Shown one piece after another: positions 53,527-64,000 of a DNA stretch of 64,000 bases (positions are counted from its first letter, which is position 1; each line of letters opens with the position of its first letter). This stretch comes from Perna viridis (taxonomy: Eukaryota): assembly GCA_037379345.1 (NCBI GenBank), contig CM074511.1, positions 30,448,862 through 30,512,861 of the forward strand, in the 5' to 3' direction. Made by a program: the position numbers and the translations under genes. The notes beneath the pieces are model-generated. The model was not told the origin of the DNA, did not search any database, and worked only from the letters and a program-made list of their open reading frames with translations.

Positions 53527-53774
53527 TTTATATGGACAGTGCTTCACAATGTTCAGCAAAGAGATTTGAAGTGGATAGAAATTCAGCCACAATTCTTGGG
53601 AGGGAGGCAGTTCAAACCAACCCAGGAACAATAACAGAATGTATGATTACTCTTACCAGTAATCGGCCTGGGGAGATGAGACGGTTTCAGGTGGAAATAG
53701 TTCGTGGTTCAGTATCTGATGCTGGCGTTCATTTCCATATGTATGACGGTCCAGATAACACAGGGAATAGAATT
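53527..53774 (+). CDS. Gene C coding exon 2 (CUB-like, first half)
   Basis: 248 nt, phase 1 to 0, YMDSASQC...TECMITL...DAGVHFHMYDG; GTAAGG donor. Confidence 0.87.
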
Positions 53775-54295
53775 GTAAGGCAAAAAAATTTAATGAAATT
53801 TGGTTGTCCTCTGGGCAAGACTAATTGTACTTTCACTGTTGTCCAAATAGTAGTTTCACTTGTCCTGGGTAATAGTTAGGACAGCCTTTAATGTCATTCC
53901 CTGATTTCATGCATTTTCAATGAGCATGTTTGACAAATTACTAGTACAACACAAAGCTGAACAAATTCAACAGGGTAACAAAGAATATCAAAAATCACTT
54001 ATAATCTAGTAAAAAATGAAAATTGGATTTTTTTGAGATTGGAAACTACTGTATTTCTATTCATTTTCTTATTTTCACTTTTATAAAAAAAAAATGTACA
54101 AATGTTTGTACAGGTTATTTTGTTATTGATTTCACCTGCTATATCTAGGACATTAAAGTACAATCAATCAATCAATCTGTGACAGACAGGCAAAGGCCTT
54201 CAATTGCTAGTATGTAACTCATCCAGAAGATGGCAAAATCTATTCGACATACATAATACATATGTAAATACTTATCTATTTGTCCTTTTTTTCAG

Positions 54296-54434
54296 TTTAC
54301 TATCTCTAAAGGAACACCAGTAGACCAAACCAGGAAATACATGACATCAGGAGGATCAGTCACATTTTATCTTTCTAGGGGGTCCATTAATGATGCTAAT
54401 TATCAGATTGAGCTGCATGTAGTTGTTGTCCCAG
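54296..54434 (+). CDS. Gene C coding exon 3 (FTISKGTPVDQTRKYMTSGGSVTFYLSRGSINDANYQIELHVVVVP)
   Basis: 139 nt, phase 0 to 1, ttttcag and GTAAGT; not in the ORF track. Confidence 0.87.
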
Positions 54435-54842
54435 GTAAGTTACTAAACTGAGGGTGGACTTGATATCAATCAACTAGGTTAGCCTTAATGATTAAAAAAA
54501 ACTATGACCACAGCAGTTTTGGAGCTAAGCACCTAAATTCAACTTGGTTAAACTAATTTTGCAAATAAATGTGGTAAACCTGTTGATAAGTACCTGTGAG
54601 TTCATCTTTGGAATTATTGATGAATATGCTGTTTTAATACCATAATTATTGTGAAAATAATTACTGCTGAGTGGTAGAGAATTATACATGTACATATATA
54701 TAACATTTTGGGGGGTTCATTTTTTTTCTTGCAAATTTTAAGCTAGTATTGGCATAAAAATTTCAGACATACCATCATTACTCATAGCAGAAAATTATAA
54801 AGCAGTAAAGAAATCAGACACTTGGTAAAAGGAAATAATTTT

Positions 54843-55043
54843 TTACCCTACTGATGCACCTGGTCAGCATGCTCCCAGTTTTAAGTGGAGTCTTAATTAC
54901 TCATTTACTTTTGTTTCTTTGTGCATATTATTTTGGTTATTTTATGTTGTTTGTTGTGTGTTTCTGTTTTCCCTGTTCGGTCTTTGTCCCTGGATTGTGT
55001 TCTTTTGATTTCCGCTGTAATCTAGGTTCCCTTGATTACTCTT
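54843..55043 (+). mobile_element. Penelope-like 3' terminal repeat copy
   Basis: GCACCTGGTC...TTGGTTCCCTTGATTACTC family sequence. Confidence 0.8.
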
Positions 55044-55287
55044 TATAGATAAAAAAATTCAGAGGGTTGGGATTTTGTTAGTGTTTTTGACTGGCATGTA
55101 TATTTCTCAAATTTCAAATTAGCATTGCAATTACTTGTACATTGATTTGCATTAGTTTTTGAATGCACATGTAGAAAATGTACTATAAATGCTAGAATTC
55201 AAGTTGGTATGCATATTGAAATACTTTAATTTTTTCCTGATGCATTGCCTTTTATTGCATTTTTAATCATGGTGCGATTCCTTTTAG

Positions 55288-55662
55288 GTGACCCTACAAC
55301 CAATGATGAATGTAAAACTGGTAATGAGTATGGCTGTATCCACTATGGCTATCAGCAAGTTGTCGACAAAGAAACAGTTATTGGCATCGTAGGTGGCGTG
55401 TTTGGATTAATCCTTTTTATTGTGATCCCAATTATTGTCATATGTTGTTATCGTAAAAGCAAAGGTGTCAATAAGAAGTGGGATGAGTTTAGACTTGCTG
55501 ACAAAGTAAACACAGCTGCAGATATACATGCCTCAAGTGCAAGTTTAACCAAATCTAAGAAGGAAATGTGGACTTCACAAAGCTCTAAGGCTCCATACTC
55601 TGACATGAAGAGGTCACACAGAAGTAGATATAGTGATGGAAGTGCTAGTGAATTTAGTGCAA
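55288..55662 (+). CDS. Gene C coding exon 4 (GDP linker, Cys loop, TM helix, juxtamembrane)
   Basis: Phase 1 to 1; TM VIGIVGGVFGLILFIVIPIIVICCY then RKSK; starts GT GAC CCT like gene A exon 4. Confidence 0.88.
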
Positions 55663-55711
55663 GTAAGTCATTGAAATATAAATTGAGGGGGCAGCGGGTC
55701 CAAGGGTTGAA

Positions 55712-57140
55712 CCCCCCTCCTCCTTGTTGGAAACTTTGTTAATTTTGTGGAGAATTTGCTCTAAAATGAGCAAATAATAGCCTTTAGCTTCTCCTTTTCA
55801 TATTCTCTAGATCTGCTTATGAGGGGGCACATCTGCCTACCTATGTATCTATATAAATAACTAAAATAAGAAAGGATTTGTTTTCTTTATACCTGCATGA
55901 GTGTATACAGTATAAAAACCTGTGATAATCATATGACCAATGTCAAAGACATATGACGGTCTTCTTTCCCACCTAATAGAACATTTTTATCAGTGTCACT
56001 TGAAAATTTCATGCAACACATAGTATGTGACTTTCCATAAACATAAAGAAGCTAGTTCTATTAGAATCAAAATAACTCTTGGAGACTCCATTTTATCATT
56101 TTTTAACACAGATTGGCCATTTATGATTACCATGTTTTAATGCTTGGGGTAAAATAAGGTGTTTAATGTTTTAAGTTGCATTCTTTCTAAAAGTCAGATA
56201 GAGGGTGATTCATGCATATCAAAAACCTTCCAAATTCAGTTTTTTTTCTTGTCTTAGTTTTTCATTTGGTTGTTGCGCTTTTGAGATAAAAATTGTATAG
56301 ATTGTACATAACATTGGCACTGTTCAAGAGTAGTCATTCTTGATTCAGTTTCATTTGGTTGATTTGTATAAGTTTATAAATGTAGGGTTTTCTGAAAAGT
56401 GCATATCTGATGCAGAAATGATTATCCCCCCTCCTCCTTGTTGGAAACTTTGTTAATTTTGTGGAGAATTTGCTCTAAAATGAGCAAATAATAGCCTTTA
56501 GCTTCTCCTTTTCGTATTCTCTAGATCTGCTTATGAGGGGGCACATCTGCCTACCTATGTATCTAGATAAATAACTAAAATAAGAAAGGATTTGTTTTCT
56601 TTATACTTGCATGAGTGTATACAGTATAAAAACCTGTGATAATCATATGACCAATGTCAAAGACATATGACGGTCTTCTTTCCCACCTAATAGAACATTT
56701 TTATCAGTGTCACTTGAAAATTTCATGCAACACATAGTATGTGACTTTCCATAAACATAAAGAAGCTAGTTCTATTAGAATCAAAATAACTCTTGGAGAC
56801 TCCATTTTATCATTTTTTAACACAGATTGGCCATTTATGATTACCATGTTTTAATGCTTGGGGTAAAATAAGGTGTTTAATGTTTTAAGTTGCATTCTTT
56901 CTAAAAGTCAGATAGAGGGTGATTCATGCATATCAAAAACCTTCCAAATTCAGTTTTTTTTCTTGTCTTAGTTTTTCATTTGGTTGTTGCGCTTTTGAGA
57001 TAAAAATTGTATAGATTGTACATAACATTGGCACTGTTCAAGAGTAGTCATTCTTGATTCAGTTTCATTTGGTTGATTTGTATAAGTTTATAAATGTAGG
57101 GTTTTCTGAAAAGTGCATATCTGATGCAGAAATGATTATC
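55712..57140. repeat. Near-identical tandem duplication, 714-bp unit
   Basis: 55712-56425 repeated at 56426-57140 with about 3 substitutions seen. Confidence 0.95.
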
Positions 57141-57390
57141 GCTATGGGAAGGTAAAGAATATGTAGACAAAAAAAAACATTGTTTGTTTTGTGGGTTTCT
57201 CTACACCATGAATCACTTTACCATTAGCAGTGTCTCTTAATTTTATGTGGACAGGTATTCAAATGTGTACTTATTTGAATTTGCAAGAAATTTCTTATAA
57301 TAATATTTCAGGATAAGAGGTATGATTTCATAATTAATTTAATTTATTGAGGCATTAAAATAAATGAAAATCTGTGGTTTTTTTTTTCAG

Positions 57391-58499
57391 GCATTGACTT
57401 ACCACCTAAGCATAGACCTCCACCCCCACCATATGATGAAAGTGAAAGGCGATATAGAGATGAAAGATATAGAAATGATCGCTACAGTGATGATGGACTT
57501 AGAAGTGACCGTTTTCGAAATAATCGCTACAATGACCGTGAAAACAGATACAATGAAAGAGTTGACAGAGATTATCGAGCTGAGAGAAATGGAAGAAACA
57601 GATACGAATCTGATAGAAAGTCTTATTACAGCTCATCTGATGATAATTCATTTGTACAAGCCAGGGATGACCATCCTCAAGAGGTTTTTGTAGAAAGGGT
57701 CATAGAACCTAGAGTCAAGCCAACTACTAAATCAGGGAGACAACAGATGGCTAAATATTATGAAGATGATGAGGATACCTATGACACAATTGTTGATAAA
57801 GAAAGTCCAAAGTTAAAGGTCAAGAAAAAGGAAGTGAAAGAAAGTGCCATACAGGCTGATTCATCTGAAGACAATGAATCTAACACTGAAAGTGACAATG
57901 AACCTCCATCTACAGATGAAACAGATGATGACGACATAATCAGGAAAAAAGAAAAGGAGGCCAAAAAGTCCGCTTTATATGCAAAGCCAAATAAATCAAA
58001 AAAGGAAAAATTAGAAAATAATCAACAAGCACAACCAATACCACAGCAGCCTGTCCCAGGGCCATACCCCATTCCTCCTGGGGGTGTACACATGGTCCCT
58101 GGTCAAGCAATCATGTATAATACACAACATCCCATGATGCTGCCAAGACCTGTAGCTCCAATTCAGCAGCCATACTTTACACAGCCTCCTCATCCAAGAC
58201 CATTGATGACAATGTCAGCAATACCTCAACAGCCTGTAATGGGTCAAGTGTATCCTCAGCCCCCTGTTTCAGGCAGACTACCAGCCCCAGTTCACCGACC
58301 ACCAACATATTCAACATCACAGAACCATCCACAACAACCAGTGTTTACACACTTAGTGCAGAGAGGTTATGGTCAGGATTCGGCAAGTGTAGATGGATCA
58401 GATGGTGGAAGATATCACACAGACGAATCAGATGTTATGGCTAATTTAGGGAGTGGTGTGGAATTCATGAAAAGAAACCAAAATGAATCCACAGTATAA
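57391..58499 (+). CDS. Gene C last coding exon (PPPPPY, R/D/Y-rich, acidic, P/Q-rich, ends NESTV*); full model 657 aa
   Basis: ttttcag acceptor; phase-1 join reads open into ORF 57747..58499; summed exons 1974 nt. Confidence 0.88.
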
Positions 58500-58844
58500 A
58501 CATCTAGCATGATGGTATTGGAGAACCAAAGAAAGTAAATTTACTTACATTTCTCATAGAAGTCTAAAATGAAATCTTCAATTATTTATTTACAATGTAC
58601 ATGAACAGAAACTGGTCCCAGGACAAACCAATCAATCTATTGTTATTTTTGAATTGACTTCTTTATATATATTAGGCTTGTGCCTTCAAGTATAGACTGA
58701 GAGTTGTTTACTTTAAATGTATTTGTTGATAAACAATACATATACTGTTTTTTTTTCATGCATATTGCATGATAGGTGCCATGACCTTAGATAAGTGATA
58801 AAACAACACTGATGTTGATGTGAATATATAGTTTCTAGCAACAT

Positions 58845-59944
58845 GTAAATGTAGTTACTATCAAGACTTTGAGAATTTTGTTTCTACAATGTAGTTGTTA
58901 TTCAGTGAATACTGTCTAAATCAAATCGTATTTGGGCTGAAGAATTATTTGGTTTTGGCAGGTAAACACTGGTTTGATATGATTTGACTTTCGTATTCTC
59001 TAGATCTGCTTATGAGGGGGCACATCTGCCTACCTATGTATCTAGATAAATAACTAAAATAAGAAAGGATTTGTTTTCTTTATACTTGCATGAGTGTATA
59101 CAGTATAAAAACCTGTGATAATCATATGACCAATGTCAAAGACATATGACGGTCTTCTTTCCCACCTAATAGAACATTTTTATCAGTGTCACTTGAAAAT
59201 TTCATGCAACACATAGTATGTGACTTTCCATAAACATAAAGAAGCTAGTTCTATTAGAATCAAAATAACTCTTGGAGACTCCATTTTATCATTTTTTAAC
59301 ACAGATTGGCCATTTATGATTACCATGTTTTAATGCTTGGGGTAAAATAAGGTGTTTAATGTTTTAAGTTGCATTCTTTCTAAAAGTCAGATAGAGGGTG
59401 ATTCATGCATATCAAAAACCTTCCAAATTCAGTTTTTTTTCTTGTCTTAGTTTTTCATTTGGTTGTTGTGCTTTTGAGATAAAAATTGTATAGATTGTAC
59501 ATAACATTGGCACTGTTCAAGAGTAGTCATTCTTGATTCAGTTTCATTTGGTTGATTTGTATAAGTTTATAAATGTAGGGTTTTCTGAAAAGTGCATATC
59601 TGATGCAGAAATGATTATCGCTATGGGAAGGTAAAGAATATGTAGACAAAAAAAAACATTGTTTGTTTTGTGGGTTTCTCTACACCATGAATCACTTCAC
59701 CATTAGCAGTGTCTCTTAATTTTATGTGGACAGGTATTCAAATGTGTACTTATTTGAATTTGCAAGAAATTTCTTATAATAATATTTCAGGATAAGAGGT
59801 AAATGTAGTTACTATCAAGACTTTGAGAATTTTGTTTCTACAATGTAGTTGTTATTCAGTGAATACTGTCTAAATCAAATCGTATTTGGGCTGAAGAATT
59901 ATTTGGTTTTGGCAGGTAAACACTGGTTTGATATGATTTGACTT
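58845..59944. repeat. Copy of intron segment 56510-57321 (at 58989-59800) flanked by ~146-bp direct repeats
   Basis: 58845-58990 equals 59799-59944; insert nearly identical to the upstream intron sequence. Confidence 0.92.
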
Positions 59945-62900
59945 CAAAACAAACGTCTAGTTTTGAGAAATTTTCAGTTTATTCTGAGTTCAATAGTCCT
60001 TTTTCATTTTTACAGAATGCAAGCCATTTTAAAAATTTTGTCAAAGGAACGTAACCCGCTGCTGACGACCTTGTTGGCAGTCTCCTTGGAAAAAGGAAGA
60101 ACTCTATTAATTTTTATTGGATATTTTAACTATTTTCACTTTGGTAAATTCCTGAAAGATATCTGAGTACTTACCACAGTTCCAATAAATTGAATACATT
60201 CGAATTTGAAGTCTTCTGCTGTCCATTGCTCAATTGGGACAGTAAACCAGTATGTTAGCTTTGAAAGTTACATACCTTTGCTTAATATTAAAAAAAATGA
60301 GGTTAAAGTCTGGAATATAAAAAAGAATTATTTAGGCATATTTCTGTACAATAGTTAGTAGGTTTCTTTTTAACTCTTCTTTTGCTTAAGCAGATTAACC
60401 CTCAATTCTTGAGGGGGTCTGATACAGTTAATTTGTATACATGTATTTAAAGTGTTTTATACTTTGGCACTATCAAATACATGGTTCTTCTATTTTTTTT
60501 AGAATGTAGTTTTACTCTGTAAAATAAATTTGGTTTTACTGCACTTACATTTTCGGAATGTTTTATAAGTAGATGTACATATTTCTATCATTATGTAGCT
60601 GTATATATTTAAAGTGTTTCTTTTTTCTTGTGTTGCTGGGTATAATGTGATATGCCCTCCAAAAGTTGTGTATTTTTCTTTTGATGGTTTCCAGTTTGAT
60701 CGGATTATTTACACACACAATATCTGCCATTTTAAGCTGATTATTTTTATTCATTGGGAGTAATCTTTCTTCGAATATTAAAAAATTGAAGTAGATTGTG
60801 ATGATTGTCAATACGGCACAAGAGGGGATATCATTTAAAATGTACCTTTAGATGCCATATTTTTTTTTTCTCAATTGTTAAGCATATAAGAATTGTTACA
60901 TTGTTTATGGTTGTGATTTTTTATTTGTAAACATTCCTTTTTTAGTGTCCTGTTTTTAAAGCTATGATTTGTATTATTCATGTGTGCGTATATTTGTATA
61001 CTTATACCCAAGATTCAATTTAGTATGGACAGGTCAGAGCATTTTAAATTTATGTGAACGAACATTTGGGCTGCATAAGAAAATCTACCTGTGAAAAGAA
61101 AATGCATTTAAGCAATGGAAAAAGTGTGGTAAAAAAATAAATAAGTAATAGAATAAGTTTTAAAAAGTATAATTAAATATCTTTTCTTAGTTTAAAAGAA
61201 ATAATTTTCTCTGATCCTCCACCTCCTTTTAATGATACCGACACATGTAATAAAACAATAGTATTGGAGACTTGGACTACAGTGTTTGATTTTCCAAAGT
61301 CTACAGACTTCAGTTAATAGTTGCTGAAAGTGATTCTGTGTGTAAGAAAACTATTAATGTGGACAAGAAGAAGAAGAAATCTTTCACCTGAGTTAATGCT
61401 ACATTTAAATTGAAAAACAATTGAAGTAATTATGCTAAGAATTCTTGGAGGTAAATTTCATATGAGATAATTTATCTGCATTAATGTTAAGTAGATATGG
61501 TTATTTATCCTGATTAAATGGTAAGAACATGTAGATGTAGTAAAATGTTCACTAACTATTGATATTGTGCTCAATGTTCTGTGACCAGCATATTCAGTAA
61601 TGAATTGGTCCAAGGTAATTATTTGACAAAATTTCATTACATAATATGACATAGATTGTCGGTTTTTGAAGTACTGATCAAATATCAATTTCACTTTTCC
61701 TACATCAACATCTTCATTTTTTAGATTTTGCTATTGTACTGCTTTGATATATTAGGCATCAAAGAAATTAATTATTTAATGAATGGTAAAAGATACATGT
61801 AATTATTTTATATTATCTAGATAAACTGTGAGAAAGGTAAGTGAACTAGGTTATGCAATTTGTATATATGCCTGTCATCTGAGGAATACATTTCTTTGAT
61901 ACATTTCTGTTCACTTTTCCATTTCTACAGTTTTTGAAAGTTCAAACTCATTATTTGTTTGATGGATGTAATAATTTCATTTGGTGCAATGATAGTCTTC
62001 AGAAAGAAAGCTCCATTTTGATTTTATTATTATCTGTTTTATATTTAGAGTTATGGGACTTTAACTATTGTAAAAGTGGTGGGAGGGGTGAGTTCAAATT
62101 ATGTGCTTGAACACAGCTGTTCTTATTCTATAATGTCTATTGATTCCTTTTTGTATTATTTAATATTTTATCGTGTTTTATTGTTTTGTTTAATTTTTCT
62201 TTTATTGTATAGAATTTTACATCTACATATAATCTTCTCCTGCAAAGCAGTCTTATCAATACATGTATATTTTAGTCTATTACTATTATTTTGTACTAAA
62301 ATTTAATAAATGAAATTAGATATAATAAATGATTACATATTCATATTATTAAATTCATTGTGGACTTGACTAAAAAGCAATAAAAGAAATCTAAATAAAA
62401 AAATTATTACTTTAAACACTTTACATGTTTGCCTCATCCTTTTACAAATTCTAATCTTAAAATTTGCATTCATTTATAAAAAATAGTCTTAAAGTATGCT
62501 ACTTTCAGTTGACTAGATTTACATTAGAATTTTCAGAGTTGTCTTCCCTTTTTAGCAATTATCTTATAAGTGTGAGAACAAATTGACATTTATTTGTTTT
62601 TAATATTCTATATAAATCAGACTACCTTAGGAAGAACATATTTCTTAAAAAATCTTTACAGGATAAGCTGTATCTAAAATTTTCATGTTAAAAGTACATT
62701 TTTGTTGATTTTCTTTGTATTAAAAAAAAAATCATCATTTATTGATTATATAAAAATATAAGGAATCCCAAAGGCTCATATTTGATGTGCTCTAACATTA
62801 ACTTTACTACTACAAGTAAAATCAATGGAAATCTGAACAACAAAAACAATGATAGTACATCAAGTGGTGACATCAAACCAATTAAGCTGATGATATAACA

Positions 62901-62989
62901 TAAACCAAATAAAAGAAAGACAAAAAAATAAACAGGGAAAGACACCTAATATTACTTTAAACAATTGAAGAAAAAAACAAACTAAAGGC

Positions 62990-63350
62990 TCTAAAGAGAC
63001 TGAATACCTTACCTGGCTCCATAAGAAAATGTTCTAATTCTTGTAAAAGTGGCCATGTTTTTTCTTGAATAAAATTCCTAACATCATATCTAAGAACAAT
63101 CATATTAACTTTCATTGAATTTTGTCCAGTAGTTTCTTATGTGAAAATTAATAAAAGTAATAACAATAAAAAAGCAAAAAAAAAAACGTAAAGGGTGAAA
63201 CTCCAACAAAGCTAAACACATTTGTATGAAAATTTAACCACACAAAGATCTCATTATGCTGAACACTTTTACCTGGTCAGAATTTAAAAAAAATATGCCA
63301 AATTCTGCTGTCTGACCCTAATGCTCCATCTTTAGTAACAGAAAACATGT
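62990..63350 (+). mobile_element. Helentron/HINE-like repeat copy
   Basis: Aligns with 27530-27900. Confidence 0.55.
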
Positions 63351-64000
63351 TTTTTTTCATAAATCTCAACATTATACCCCCTGCAAGAAGTTTTTTTTTG
63401 CGGGGGGTGGGGGGAATATAGGTTTCAACCTGTCTCTCTGTCTCCATCTGTCCACAACTATTTTCTAAGCAGCTTGCAGCATTGATATGTGGGATGTAAT
63501 AAAGCCACTTGGAGATGTGCATACTGTCAGGAATTTTAAGTTTGGGTAAATAGTGTAAAAATGATGGCTGATGGTGTTTTTCAGTAATATTTAGTCTGAT
63601 GGGTTGTACACAACTCCTTAATGACATAAAGGATTGTAACTTAGTGGCATGTTAAATTACCATATTGGGATGTGAATGTTGTCAGGAATTTATGTTTGGG
63701 CAAAAATTGTAGAAATGAGGGCTGTTGGACTAGAGCATTTTTCAGCAAATCTTAGGCCTGATGTGTTGTCTGCAACTCCTCCTTAACCACTTGCAGGATT
63801 GTAATGAAACTCAATGGAGTGTTAGATTACCATAGATATGTGTGCATGTTGTCAGGAAATTATGTTTAAAGTAAATTTGCGGTCCTATTCTGTTATTGTG
63901 TTGTCAACAAAAAGATAGTACTGAATCCTTTTCAGAATTGGGTGTTTTAGAATGGCAGCAAATTTGTGTGTCAAAGAGCTTAGTCTATCCCTATAAATGA

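Noticed and set aside
57364-57693. 109-aa ORF
   Set aside because: Alternative frame overlapping the true last exon of gene C

Overview
AT-rich, intron-containing eukaryotic DNA, probably a bivalve mollusc judging by its repeat families (inference). The core is a four-member cluster of uncharacterised CUB-like-domain genes, reconstructed by hand from splice sites. Gene A (minus strand, 913 aa) and gene C (plus strand, 657 aa) encode a signal peptide, a CUB-like ectodomain, one TM helix and a long disordered tail ending in a class I PDZ motif (NESEI / NESTV). Gene B is an intact partial paralog of A (signal plus CUB only) with no TM exon of its own, so it is either a ~150-aa secreted protein or an alternative ectodomain cassette spliced onto A's TM and tail exons. 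C' is an inverted, pseudogenised two-exon copy of C's ectodomain. A bidirectional promoter was duplicated, and the second copy was split by ~4.5 kb of inserted DNA. The rest is mobile DNA: an intron-containing PIF/Harbinger-ISL2EU-type transposon, a full-length degenerate L1/Tx1-type LINE with TSD, a CR1/L2-type LINE fragment, many Penelope-like pieces with a structured 3' end, a SINE with a pseudoknot-like head, MITEs, fold-backs and recent local duplications.
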